NCBI GenBank assembly: GCA_963664405.1
Contig: OY761158.1
Coordinates: 352,001 to 416,000 of the forward strand
Source: Thermoanaerobaculia bacterium
Lineage (GTDB): Bacteria; Acidobacteriota; Thermoanaerobaculia; Multivoradales; Multivoraceae
Direction of reading: 5' to 3'
DNA length: 64,000 bases
The notes below the pieces were generated by a model. That model worked only from the letters and a program-made list of their open reading frames with translations. It ran no database searches and was not told the origin of the DNA. Made by a program: the position numbers and the translations under genes. Numbering within the stretch: position 1 is the stretch's first letter; each line of letters starts with the position of its first letter. Below are positions 10,906 through 21,225 of the stretch, in pieces.

Positions 10906-11865
10906 ATGGGGAAACTCACCGGATGGCTACCGCGAGACCCTCGGACATGCCAGACCGCGGCACTGTCGCTCTTCCTCCTCTACGGCGTTACTCGGCTGCG
11001 TCTGCCCCTGAGCGCCGGCGACGTCACGCTTACGATTACAAGCGCGCTCGCCACTCAGTTCTTCTTCTCGCGCGCCTACCGCCTAGCTCACTTCGACCCA
11101 CGCAGTGCTCTGATCACGGCACTCTCGCTCTGCCTCCTTCTCCGTAGTGCGACTCCCGTCGGCATGATGCTCGGCGCCGCAATCGCGGTCGCCAGCAAAT
11201 TCGTCGTGCGTGTCGGCGGCCGGCACCTTTTCAACCCCTCCAATCTGGCGCTCGTCCTCATGATCGCCGTGGGCTGGGGCTGGGTGACTCCGGGCCAGTG
11301 GGGCAACATCGGCATCACCGCCGTCGTTCTCGCCGGCGCCGGAGCCTGGGTGGTGACGCGCGCGGCGCGGCTCGACCTCAGCCTCGCCTTCCTCGGGTTC
11401 TGGGCCCTGATCCTTATCGGCCGCGGCTGGATCCTCGGCGATCCCCTCGAGATCGCCCTTCACAGCCTCAAGAGCGGCTCTCTTGTTCTCTTCGCCTTCT
11501 TCATGCTCTCGGACCCCAAGACCACGCCCCGAGGACGCCTCCCCCGCGTCGCCTTCGCTCTCGCGATAGCCCTTGGTGGATACCTAGTGACCTTCTGGCT
11601 TTTCGAGCCCCACGGGTTCCTCTGGTCGCTCGTCTTCTGCACACCCCTCGCACCTCTATTCGACCGGATTCCGGGCCTTGGGCCCGACCCGCTTCCGGGC
11701 CTTCGGCCCACAAAGGAGAATCGAAATGAAGAAACTCTTTCTTGCGCTCATCCTCACCGCCACCTGGCCTGGCAGCGTCTCGGCCTTCTGCGGCTTCTTC
11801 GTCGCCAAGGCGGACACTCGCCTCTTCAACAGCAGCTCTCGCGTGGTCCTCGCACGGCACAATGA
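10906..11865 (+). CDS. RnfD/NqrB-like membrane protein
   Basis: Multi-TM; SALITALSLCLLLR, SKF...HLFNPSN, FFMLSDPKT motifs; the 3' end overlaps the next gene by about 140 nt. Confidence 0.75.
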   Translation: MGKLTGWLPRDPRTCQTAALSLFLLYGVTRLRLPLSAGDVTLTITSALATQFFFSRAYRLAHFDPRSALITALSLCLLLRSATPVGMMLGAAIAVASKFVVRVGGRHLFNPSNLALVLMIAVGWGWVTPGQWGNIGITAVVLAGAGAWVVTRAARLDLSLAFLGFWALILIGRGWILGDPLEIALHSLKSGSLVLFAFFMLSDPKTTPRGRLPRVAFALAIALGGYLVTFWLFEPHGFLWSLVFCTPLAPLFDRIPGLGPDPLPGLRPTKENRNEETLSCAHPHRHLAWQRLGLLRLLRRQGGHSPLQQQLSRGPRTAQ

Positions 11866-13039
11866 CCGCACCGTAGTCACCATGGAGAATGATTATCGCG
11901 GCGATCCTCGCGAATTCGCGATGGTGGTTCCGGTGCCGACCGTGCTCAGCCGCGGCCAGATTCACGTCGGCGAGACCAAGGTACTGGACCACCTCGACGC
12001 CTACACTGCCCCTCGACTGGTCGAATATCACGACCCCGACCCCTGTGAGGTGGAGCGGCGCATGCGTCGATCTCTCGACGCTGTCAGCGAGAGTGTGGTT
12101 TTGCCGGCAAGCGCTCAGCCGGGCCGGGCCTCGGGAGTCACGGTCGAGGCTCGCTATTCAGTGGGAGAGTACGATGTCGTCATTCTGTCGGCCACCGAGA
12201 GTAACGGACTCGAGGGCTGGCTACGAGCCAACGGGTACCGCCTTCCACCGGCGGCCGGCCGCATCCTCGGAAGCTACATTCGCCAAGGCCTCCACTTCTT
12301 CGTGGCCAAGGTAAATCTCGAGCGTCATCAAGGTCTCGGCCGGAGCACTCTCCGACCGCTCCAGATCGCTTACGAGAGCTCTCGCTTCATGCTCCCCATT
12401 CGCCTCGGCACCTTGAACGCAGACGGCCCGCAGGAGCTCTTTGTGTTCACTCTCACTCGCGCCGGACGTGTCGAGCCGGTCAACTACAGAACTGCCAGGC
12501 TGCCCACCGGCATGAACATCCCGGTCTTCATCAAAAACGACTTCGCGAGCTTCTATCGCGATATGTTCGACCGTCAGGTCAAGACCGAAGGAATGCGACC
12601 GGTCTTCCTCGAGTACGCCTGGGACATGGCGTGGTGCGATCCCTGCGCCGCCGACCCGCTCAGCGCCAAAGAGCTACGACAGCTCGGCGTCTTCTGGGCC
12701 GAAACGCCATCCCAGAGCGGAGCGCAGAACGTATTCGTCACCCGTATGCACCTCCGTTACGACGCGACCACCTTTCCTCAAGACCTGATCCTCCACGAGA
12801 CCGCCGATCGAACCAACTTCCAGGGCCGCTACGCCCTGCAGCACCCCTGGCAGGGTGAGAGCCGCTGTGCCGCCTCGGAGACCTATTTGGCACAACTCCC
12901 CGCTCGTTGGGATCGAGAGGCTCTCACCCTTGCCGAGCTCACCGGATGGACTCTAGAGGAGATCAACCGACGGATGGATCGTAAGGTACTCACCGTCGAG
13001 CCCAGTCCGACTTGGTGGCAGCGTCTCTGGAAACAGTGA
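11726..13039 (+). CDS. DUF2330 domain secreted protein
   Basis: RBS aaggag, signal peptide then AFCGFFVAKAD, FAMVVPVP, YTAPRLVEY, CDPCA. Confidence 0.85.
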   Translation: MKKLFLALILTATWPGSVSAFCGFFVAKADTRLFNSSSRVVLARHNDRTVVTMENDYRGDPREFAMVVPVPTVLSRGQIHVGETKVLDHLDAYTAPRLVEYHDPDPCEVERRMRRSLDAVSESVVLPASAQPGRASGVTVEARYSVGEYDVVILSATESNGLEGWLRANGYRLPPAAGRILGSYIRQGLHFFVAKVNLERHQGLGRSTLRPLQIAYESSRFMLPIRLGTLNADGPQELFVFTLTRAGRVEPVNYRTARLPTGMNIPVFIKNDFASFYRDMFDRQVKTEGMRPVFLEYAWDMAWCDPCAADPLSAKELRQLGVFWAETPSQSGAQNVFVTRMHLRYDATTFPQDLILHETADRTNFQGRYALQHPWQGESRCAASETYLAQLPARWDREALTLAELTGWTLEEINRRMDRKVLTVEPSPTWWQRLWKQ

Positions 13040-13092
13040 CGACGAGCGAGAGGGCGCCGTAGTAGAGGTAGACTCCCGGCGAAGCCAGGCTC

Positions 13093-14508
13093 ATGAGCGA
13101 CCTTCTACGACTCAGCCTTCTCGATCTCGTCACCCACCTGCACCAAAAGCAGGTATCACCGGTCGAGCTCATGTCCATCACTCTCGACCGCATCGACGCC
13201 ACCCACGACACGTTGAACGCGGTGGTTTCCAGGCGAGAGAGGGACGATCTGCTCGAAGATGCTCGCGCGAGCGGGGACCGTATCCAGCGCGGAGAGGCGC
13301 GCCCCCTCGAAGGCATTCCCCTTGGGGTCAAGGACCTAGAAGACGTCGCCGGGATGACCACCAGCTTCGCTTCGGTGCCTTTTCGCAACAACCTGGCAGC
13401 GACCGACTCCACTCAAGTCGGTCGCCTGCGAGCGGCGGGCGCCATCGTCGTCGCCAAGACCAACACCCCGGAGTTCGGCTTCACCGCGATCACCAAAAAC
13501 ATGCTCTTCGGAGACACCCGGTCACCATGGAATCCCACTCGCTCGCCAGGGGGCTCGAGCGGTGGCTCGGCAGCGCTCCTGGCGGGGTGTGTGCTCCCTC
13601 TCGTTACCGGCAGCGACGGCGGCGGATCGATTCGAATACCGGCTAGCTTCGTGGGAGCTTTCGGTCTCAAGCCGAGTTACGGGCGGGTTCCCAAGGGCCC
13701 CTCCACCCGTTGGGACTGGGCCGCCAACGCCGCTTTCGGGCCTCTCACCAAGACAGTCGAAGATGGAGCCTTCTTTCTCGACATCGTCGCGGGTCACTCT
13801 GAGGACGATCCTGCGAGCCTGCCGGATCCTCCGTTCTCTTATCTCCAAGAAGTCCGACGACCCCTGACCGAGAAGCTACGAATAGCCTACTCGCCCGATC
13901 TCGGCTACGCCGCTGTCCAATCAGACATCGCCGGCGCGGTTCGGGACGCGGCACTTGCTCTGGCTGACCTCGGGCACGAGCTGACTACGATCGAAGGGGG
14001 GCCGCCGCAGCTGGGAGGAGAATGGTCCTCCATCATGTATCTAGATCTGGCTGGGGTGCTGGCACCCTTTCTGCCGGAGCAGGAAGACACGATCACACGC
14101 TTTCTCATGAATGGCATACGAGAGACGCGAGGAATCGAACCGATGGCGTGGGACGAGATGCGTCGCAAACGCGCTCTACTAAACCAGTGGACGGCGGATC
14201 TCTTCCGCGACTACGACCTCTTGCTCACACCGACCGTCTCTTTCGACCCGCCGCCGAGCCGCGGACCTTTCCCGACCGAGATCGAGGGTAGAGAGCAGCC
14301 GCCCGCCGCCGCCGGGGCCCTGACCATCCCTTTCAATATGTCGTGGAATCCGGCAGCAACAGTCCGAGTGGGGCTGTCGAAGGCGGGTCTTCCGGTCGGC
14401 ATGCAGATCGTGGGCCCAAGGCTTCGAGACGACCTTGTGCTGCGCGCAGCTCGGGCTTTCGAGCAGGTTCGGCCGTGGCACCCGGATTGGCCCTCCGACT
14501 ATGCTTAG
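13093..14508 (+). CDS. Amidase signature family protein
   Basis: GVKDL, KTNTPEFG, PGGSSGGS, GSDGGGSIRIPAS. Confidence 0.93.
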   Translation: MSDLLRLSLLDLVTHLHQKQVSPVELMSITLDRIDATHDTLNAVVSRRERDDLLEDARASGDRIQRGEARPLEGIPLGVKDLEDVAGMTTSFASVPFRNNLAATDSTQVGRLRAAGAIVVAKTNTPEFGFTAITKNMLFGDTRSPWNPTRSPGGSSGGSAALLAGCVLPLVTGSDGGGSIRIPASFVGAFGLKPSYGRVPKGPSTRWDWAANAAFGPLTKTVEDGAFFLDIVAGHSEDDPASLPDPPFSYLQEVRRPLTEKLRIAYSPDLGYAAVQSDIAGAVRDAALALADLGHELTTIEGGPPQLGGEWSSIMYLDLAGVLAPFLPEQEDTITRFLMNGIRETRGIEPMAWDEMRRKRALLNQWTADLFRDYDLLLTPTVSFDPPPSRGPFPTEIEGREQPPAAAGALTIPFNMSWNPAATVRVGLSKAGLPVGMQIVGPRLRDDLVLRAARAFEQVRPWHPDWPSDYA

Positions 14509-14917
14509 AGCCGGCCTGCCGCGCGGACTCCTAGCCCTCTTCATTTTTCTCGTCTTTGCCGCCTGCAGTTCTCCCAACCGGGGCTGGTGGCAGGGCAGCT
14601 TCGAAGGTGACGTGGCCGGTACGATGGAGCTCTCGATCAACGCCCGCGGAACCAAGGCCAAGGGAGAGGTGACCGGGCGTCTGAGTAGCGGCGAGGGCTT
14701 TCGAGCTGAGTTCGAAGGGACCCTCAATCAGGGATTTCTCCGCGCCGAGCTCACCGGATCGAGCGAGACCAGCGTGGGCCTACGAGCCGGCTTCGAAGGT
14801 CTCATCACAGGCGACCTCGCCGCCGGCAAGGGCGCCGGCCAGTGGAAGGCCGACCTAAAGCCGGCCGGCCGCCAACTCGAGGGGGAGTGGCAGGCCAGTC
14901 AGGATCCTACTCGCTAG
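14501..14917 (+). CDS. Hypothetical lipoprotein
   Basis: Lipobox FAAC after a hydrophobic stretch; Gly-rich beta-strand pattern; overlaps the amidase stop. Confidence 0.6.
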   Translation: MLRAGLPRGLLALFIFLVFAACSSPNRGWWQGSFEGDVAGTMELSINARGTKAKGEVTGRLSSGEGFRAEFEGTLNQGFLRAELTGSSETSVGLRAGFEGLITGDLAAGKGAGQWKADLKPAGRQLEGEWQASQDPTR

Positions 14918-14936
14918 GCGGAGAAGCAGATCGGTC

Positions 14937-15611
14937 TCAGCCGTCGAAGCGATAGCCGACACGGTGTTGAGTGACGATCCATTGTGGCTGCGCCGGGTCT
15001 TCTTCGATCTTCTTGCGTAGCTTCGCCACATGCATATCGACAGTGCGAGTATTGGAGCCGCCGCTGTAGCCCCACACGGCCTCGAGCAGCTGGCGCCGGC
15101 TGAGCACCTCACCGCGGTGCTCGATCAGGTAGGCCAGAAGCTCGAGCTCACGCGCGGAGATCGGCACTCTCACTCCGCTCCGAGTAACCTCATGGCGCCT
15201 GAAATCGACAACGACCGATCCGAAACTATGGCTGCTGTCCTCCGCGCCCCGAGTTCGCCGCAAGACCGCCTCCATCCGCGCCGTGAGCTCGAGAAAGCCG
15301 AAGGGCTTGCTCAGATAATCGTCTGCGCCGGCGCGAAGACCCTGAACCTTGTCCAGCTCCTGGCTGCGTGCCGTGAGCATGATGATCGGCACTTCCTTCC
15401 CCTGGCTGCGCAGCTTCCGGCACACCGACAGGCCACTCATCCGTGGCAGCATGACGTCGAGAAGGATCAGGTCGGGTAGGGTTTCGCCAGCGAGACGCAA
15501 GCCGTCCTCGCCATCGCTGGCAACGGCGACCCTATAACCCTCGTACTCGAGCCCATCCCTGAGCGCGATCGCCATCGCTGTGTCGTCTTCAACCACCAAA
15601 ACGTTCTTCAT
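14937..15611 (-). CDS. OmpR-family response regulator
   Basis: [22 protein letters not shown], winged helix [15 protein letters not shown]...VGYRF. Confidence 0.93.
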   Translation of the reverse strand: MKNVLVVEDDTAMAIALRDGLEYEGYRVAVASDGEDGLRLAGETLPDLILLDVMLPRMSGLSVCRKLRSQGKEVPIIMLTARSQELDKVQGLRAGADDYLSKPFGFLELTARMEAVLRRTRGAEDSSHSFGSVVVDFRRHEVTRSGVRVPISARELELLAYLIEHRGEVLSRRQLLEAVWGYSGGSNTRTVDMHVAKLRKKIEEDPAQPQWIVTQHRVGYRFDG

Positions 15612-17271
15612 TGTGCCCCCTCAGCCGCGGCCAGCTCAGCCCCTTCGAGAGCGAGGGGGAATCGCACGACAAAGGTGCTTCCCCGGCCAGGCGCGCTCTC
15701 GACCACGATATCGCCGCCGTGTTCCTCGACAATGTGATGGACGATGGACAGGCCTAATCCGCTTCCGCGAACCTCCCGCACAAGGCCATTGCCCACCCGG
15801 TGAAAGCGGTCGAATATCTTCGCTTGCTCCTGTTTCGAGATCCCGACCCCGAAGTCCTGAACCAAGAGTCGAGCGAAGCCATCGTCCTCGTCGAGTCTGA
15901 GCCGGATCTCCCTACTGGTACCGGAGAACTTGAAGGCATTGTCCAAGAGGTTGGTCAACACCTGGGCGACCGCCTGCCGGTCCGCTCGCACCCATAGCGG
16001 CCCCGTAGGCCTCTCCTCCAGGACGACCTGGAAACCTGCCTCTCGAGCGCGGATCTCGAAGGTAGCGAGCACGTCGGCCACCGCGGCAGCAAAATCGACT
16101 TTCTCGAAGCGATAACTCCGTTCACCGGACTCGATGCTCGAGAAGTCGAGGATATTTCCGATCAGGTCTCCCAGTCGCCGACTCTCGGTCTCGATGTAGT
16201 CGCCGTACTCCCGGGCGCGCCCCCCGTCTTTCACCTTGCCGCGGCGCAGAAGCTCACCGAAGGCCTGGATGGAAGCTAGTGGGTTCGCAGCTCGTGAGAC
16301 ACGTTGGACACGAAATCGCTCTTCATCTCCGACAAGCGAACCTCACGAGCCGCAGTACGCAAGGTAAACACAGAGCCACCGATCAAGAGCACGCCGAGCA
16401 GGCCCGAAAGAGTGAGATTCAGCAAGAAATTGGTTCTCGCCCACTCTTCTGCACTCCCGCCATGCCTCTGGACCGCCACTCCCCAATCTTTGAAGATGAA
16501 CCCGAACGGCCTCGTCGCCGCCATCAAGACTTCGAGGTCTTCCTCGCCTCCGTCGGGGCGGCTGCTGGTGTAAAGAAGGTCGCCACCCCCGTCTTCGACC
16601 TGCACCATGAAATGGGTCAGCGGGTTCTCGGAAAAGAACTTCGGCAGCGATTTCTCGATAGCGGCTGGCAGAACGAGCTCTCGAAACTCGTCCGGGTCGA
16701 CGATCATGCCGGCGATCCCGACTACATGCCTGGCTTCATCCGTAATCGGGTTGAGAATCGTCCTCGTCCCGACGTTGCGCTCGTCGACGTGAAGGCCGCC
16801 GCTGCCGAGAATCGTCCCCTGCTGGGCGAGCATCAGCCAGGGTGCTGCGGCAACATGAACCGCCTGCACTTGCTCGTCGGGAGGCTCCCCCCAGCACTCG
16901 CAACGGGGGTCGAAGAACACCGTCCGCGCCTCCCCGCCCTCGGCCGGGTAGGCGATAAAGAGCCAGTTCGCGCCATCGAACACACGCTGGCGGAAGTACT
17001 TGAGTGCCTCGTCCAGATCGGGCTCGCCATCGAAGAGAGAGGGCGGCAGATTCAGCCCCCGCTCAGCAAGCGCCGAGTAGTGGTAACGAACCTCGCTGGT
17101 GACCGCCTCCAGATAGTTCTCCAAGGTAGCTCGCCGCGCGATCGCCGAGTCTTGCGCCAGGGTAGCCAGCCAGCGGAACTGAAAGCCCAAGAGAACGAGA
17201 AGAGGCCCAAGTACGGCAAAGAAGCCGATCCATAGGGCTGACCTTCTCGACAGTCTTCTCAGGCGCCGCAT
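15608..17271 (-). pseudogene. Sensor histidine kinase, frameshifted at the H-box (or an assembly error)
   Basis: Two TM helices then FVSNVSHELRT; adding one base to ggg at 16281-16283 restores PLASIQAFGELL, in frame with the HATPase NLLDNAFKF/DFGVG/GSGLGL. Confidence 0.85.
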
Positions 17272-17403
17272 CAGGCAAGGGGCCCCAACATCGCGAGACC
17301 CTTACCTAGAACTACGTAGCTCGGCCTAATACGTTTCCCAAGAGGTGAAGATCGCGGTGAGGAAAGCGCGGCATGCCTCTTGCCTCTGTCAGCAGCCGGC
17401 AGG

Positions 17404-17570
17404 CTAGTGTCCTGTAACAGTAGTTCGTCACACAACTCGCTGGCCCTTTCGCGCGCTGCCGTCGTTGCTCCTCCTCGACATATTCCCCAATATGCCTGCG
17501 TCGTAGCGCCTTGGCAGCACCCAAAATGACTGCGCGATTTATGCAACGAACCACTGTTACAGGACACTAG
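17404..17570 (-). repeat. CTAG-bounded palindromic element E2 (arm type B)
   Basis: Arms ctagtgtcctgtaacagt / actgttacaggacactag; core catatt-cccc-aatatg at 17479-17494. Confidence 0.9.
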
Positions 17571-17745
17571 ACCAGCGTTTCCAGAGTTCGTGCTGCATAG
17601 CTCGAGCTCATTCTGTTCGCTGGCCAGGCGCGCCGACGCAGGCATATTGGGCAATATGTCGAGGAGCGCGGGGGCGCCTAGCCAACGCCGGCAGCGGGCA
17701 GAAGGGGCCGAGATATGTGCGCGAACTTTGGGAACGCTGGTCTAG
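17567..17745 (+). repeat. CTAG-bounded palindromic element E3 (arm type A), sharing a CTAG with E2
   Basis: Near-identical to the reverse complement of E1, plus an extra internal segment; core at 17643-17658. Confidence 0.9.
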
Positions 17746-17799
17746 AATCATCTCGAGACCAGTCGGCGCGACTGCGAGGAACGGTCTCAGGAGGCGACG

Positions 17800-19173
17800 A
17801 TGTCTATCGAATCAGGCTCGCATTCGACCCCCTTCCGCCATCACTCTTTCGACAGGCGGACCAGATACCTGCTGTTTGCGGTGGCGCTGCTCCCTCTTCT
17901 TGCCGACCCAGCGCCGTTGCAGGGAGCGGAAGAAGTTCCCATCATGATTCCAGCCCCGGCTCCCGGAGATCAATACTGGCCTCGCTGGAGAGGCCCTTCC
18001 GGCCAGGGCCTGGTCAAGGGCAGTGGCTACCCCGATCGGTGGTCCGCGACCGAGAATGTGCTGTGGAAGGTGGAGGTGCCGGGCCGCGGACACTCCTCAC
18101 CAATCATCTGGGGCCGGCATCTCTTTCTCACCACCTCCTACGAGCAGGGCCGGCGGCGTTCGATGCTCGCCTTCGATCGCAGCAACGGGCGTCTGATGTG
18201 GGAGAGCTTCGTACCCCAGACAGGCCCCTCGAGAATCCACAGCAAGAACAGCTATGCCTCGAGTACGCCGCTAACCGATGGCGAACGCATCATCGGCTAC
18301 TTTGGGAACGATGGCCTGGCCGCGTTCGATTTCGACGGAAAGCTGCTCTGGCATCAGAGCTTCGGCGACGTCCCCACCCGTCACGGCACCGCCGGCTCAC
18401 CCCTCTTGTACGAGGATCGAGTGATCCTCTACCAGGACCACAACGGCCCGAAGGGCTCCTTCATCGCCGCTTATGCGAAGGAAACGGGTAAGCAGCTGTG
18501 GCTGACCCCTCGACGGGAGACGGTCGGTTGGGGAAGCCCGGTCGCAGTGCGCCTGGCCGACCACGACGAGATCATCGTCAGCGGGCAGCGAGCGGTCTAT
18601 GGCTACGCTCCCTCAACGGGCGCCGAGCTCTGGACTGTGAAGGGCAACCTCAGCGAGGTGACGCCGACGCCGGTAGTTGGCGCAGGACTGGTCTTCTCGA
18701 CTTCCGGCCGGGCCGGTCCAACACTCGCCATCCGCCCCGGCGGTCGTGGCAACGTCACCAGCACCCATATCGCCTGGAGCACCACTAAGGGATCTCCATT
18801 CATTCCGTCGCCGCTGATTTACCAGGACCGCCTCTATACGATCAACGACATGGCCAGTGTCGCAACCTGCTATCGCGCTAGCGACGGTGAGCTGCTATGG
18901 CAGGGCCGACTGGGAGAGGCTCGCCGAGAGAGCTTCTCGGCCTCCCCGATCGCGGTCGACGGAAAGGTCTTCCTGACCAATGACGAAGGCGACACCTTCG
19001 TTCTGCGCGCCGGCGACGATTTCGAGCTCCTTCACACCAACAGCCTCGACGAGGTGACTCTCGCCTCGCCGGCACTGGTAGACGGCCAATGGTTTTTCCG
19101 CACCGCTCGCCAACTCCTTTGTATCGGCGAGGCGAAGAAAAGGGCCCTAGGGGCCACGGCAGCGGCTCGATAG
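17800..19173 (+). CDS. PQQ-binding-like beta-propeller protein
   Basis: WPRWRGPSGQG, GHSSPIIWG, YASSTP, repeated Trp-docking motifs; RBS aggagg. Confidence 0.88.
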   Translation: MSIESGSHSTPFRHHSFDRRTRYLLFAVALLPLLADPAPLQGAEEVPIMIPAPAPGDQYWPRWRGPSGQGLVKGSGYPDRWSATENVLWKVEVPGRGHSSPIIWGRHLFLTTSYEQGRRRSMLAFDRSNGRLMWESFVPQTGPSRIHSKNSYASSTPLTDGERIIGYFGNDGLAAFDFDGKLLWHQSFGDVPTRHGTAGSPLLYEDRVILYQDHNGPKGSFIAAYAKETGKQLWLTPRRETVGWGSPVAVRLADHDEIIVSGQRAVYGYAPSTGAELWTVKGNLSEVTPTPVVGAGLVFSTSGRAGPTLAIRPGGRGNVTSTHIAWSTTKGSPFIPSPLIYQDRLYTINDMASVATCYRASDGELLWQGRLGEARRESFSASPIAVDGKVFLTNDEGDTFVLRAGDDFELLHTNSLDEVTLASPALVDGQWFFRTARQLLCIGEAKKRALGATAAAR

Positions 19174-19189
19174 GCCTGGGCCGCCCTCC

Positions 19190-21055
19190 ATGTTCGGCCC
19201 ACACGAGCTACTAGCGCCGCCACCGCAGCGCTGTCGCGTCTCCGAAGAGGCGCTAGCTCTACCTCGACACATCGCCTACTCGCCGCTTCCCGAGGAGGCG
19301 GCTGCGCCCCTCGAGAGGCTCGATCGCGCTCTTCGGCGCGTCGGCTCCGAGCTCTCATCCGCCTCCACGACCCAAGAGCCGTTTCTTCGCTGTGAGAGCG
19401 GAGCTGAAGGACTTCCGGCGCAGGGTTACAGGCTAAGGGTGGGTCCATCCGGAATCGACATCGCGGCTCGGGATCGTCCGGGCCTCCACTACGCGATCTC
19501 CACCCTTGCGCAGTGGTGCCGACTCCACGAGGGCCGCGCGGCGCCGTCCCTTGGAGCCCTCGAGATCGAGGACGCGCCTGACATCGAGAACCGCGGCGTG
19601 ATGCTAGACATCAGTCGCAACAAGGTACCGAGGCTCGAGACCCTATTCGACCTCGTCGACCTCCTAGCCGGCTGGAAGATCAACCAGCTCCAGCTCTACA
19701 CCGAGCACACCTTCGAGTACCGCGGACACGAGGCAGTTTGGCGCCATGCCAGCCCGCTCACGCCTGACGACATCCGCGCCCTCGACGCCCACTGTAGGGC
19801 TCGCTGCATAGAGCTCGTTCCCAACCAAAACAGCCTCGGACACATGCATCGCTGGCTGGTACATGAGCCCTATCGTCAGCTTGCGGAGTGCCCCGAGGGT
19901 ATCGAGCACCCCTTCAGCAAGGTTCGCGAGCCCTTCAGCCTGTGTCCGACCGACCCCGGCTCTCTGGCGCTCCTTGACGACCTCTACGCTCAGCTCCTTC
20001 CCTGCTTCACCAGTGATCTCTTCAACGTCGGCCTCGACGAGACTTTCGACCTGGGTAAAGGACGCTCCGGGGAGCCTTGCGGCGAGCTGGGCGGGGCGCG
20101 TGTCTATCTCGACTTCCTGCGCGCTGTCCATCAACGCGTGGAGGCTCATGGCAGAAGGATGATGTTCTGGGGAGACGTCATCCTCGACCACCCCGAGCTG
20201 GTCTCCGAGCTCCCGAAACGGGCGGTCGCTCTGCTCTGGGGCTATGAGGCGACCCACCCCTTCGCCGAGCAAGCCGCGATCCTGGCAGCTTCGCCTTTAG
20301 ACTTTTATCTATGCCCCGGCACCAGCAGCTGGCGAAGCTTTTCGGGGCGCTGGCGGAATGCGGTTCTCAACCTCGGAGCCGGCGCCACCGCCGCCCATGA
20401 TCACGGCGCCCTCGGCTACCTGATCACGGACTGGGGAGATAACGGCCACCTTCAAGTACTCCCGATCAGCTATGCGGGCTTTCTGGCCGGTGCTTGCTTT
20501 GCCTGGAGAATCCAGAGCGCAAGAGCGCCACTCGAGTTACCGTTGGCGCGCCTACTCGACCTTCATGCCTTCGACGGCCTCAGCCTCGGCGCCGTCACCG
20601 AAGCTCTCGGCAACGCCTACCTCGAGAGCGGCGCCGAGCTGCTGAACGGTACCGCGCTATTCCATCTGTTGATGTCGGCCGATTCTCCGTTCTCCGACCG
20701 AGGTCTCGACAAGCTGGACCCGAAAGCTCTGGCAAGAACCGCCGAGTCGCTGCAGGCTCAACTCGAGCTCCTGCGCGAGCTCAGCCCGACCGGCGCGGAG
20801 GACACCCGAGTCCGGGATGAGCTGACATGGACCGCGGAGGCACTCCTCCTTGCCTGCGATCTAGGGCTCGAGCGCCTGGCTAGGCCGGAGGCGCGCCTGG
20901 CGGAACTGGGGCGCGACACGCGCGTGGCGCTAGCTCAGCGAGTCGAGGGTCTCGTCGAGCGGCGACGCAAGCTATGGTTGGCTCGAAACCGTCCCGGCGG
21001 AATGGAGGACTCCCTCGCACTTCTAGGGAGCCTGCTCGAGCTGCTCGCGCTCTAG
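19190..21055 (+). CDS. Glycoside hydrolase family 20 (beta-N-acetylhexosaminidase-like)
   Basis: RGVMLDISR, KINQLQLY, NSLGH, catalytic GLDET, TDWGD. Confidence 0.85.
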   Translation: MFGPHELLAPPPQRCRVSEEALALPRHIAYSPLPEEAAAPLERLDRALRRVGSELSSASTTQEPFLRCESGAEGLPAQGYRLRVGPSGIDIAARDRPGLHYAISTLAQWCRLHEGRAAPSLGALEIEDAPDIENRGVMLDISRNKVPRLETLFDLVDLLAGWKINQLQLYTEHTFEYRGHEAVWRHASPLTPDDIRALDAHCRARCIELVPNQNSLGHMHRWLVHEPYRQLAECPEGIEHPFSKVREPFSLCPTDPGSLALLDDLYAQLLPCFTSDLFNVGLDETFDLGKGRSGEPCGELGGARVYLDFLRAVHQRVEAHGRRMMFWGDVILDHPELVSELPKRAVALLWGYEATHPFAEQAAILAASPLDFYLCPGTSSWRSFSGRWRNAVLNLGAGATAAHDHGALGYLITDWGDNGHLQVLPISYAGFLAGACFAWRIQSARAPLELPLARLLDLHAFDGLSLGAVTEALGNAYLESGAELLNGTALFHLLMSADSPFSDRGLDKLDPKALARTAESLQAQLELLRELSPTGAEDTRVRDELTWTAEALLLACDLGLERLARPEARLAELGRDTRVALAQRVEGLVERRRKLWLARNRPGGMEDSLALLGSLLELLAL

Positions 21056-21217
21056 TGTTGTGTCTCCGACATGGCTTGCCAAGAGCTCGAGATCATTTTA
21101 TTCGCTGTCAAGGAGCGACGAGGCAGGCATATTGGGAATATGTCGACGAGTCGCGACGACGGCAGCGGGCAAAAGGGGCCGAGATATTGGTAAGCCATGT
21201 CGGAGACACGGCACTAA
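21052..21217 (+). repeat. Palindromic element E4 (arm type C; CTAG...CTAA)
   Basis: Arms ctagtgttgtgtctccgacatggctt / aagccatgtcggagacacggcactaa; core catatt-ggg-aatatg at 21128-21142. Confidence 0.88.
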
Positions 21218-21225
21218 CAGGGTCG

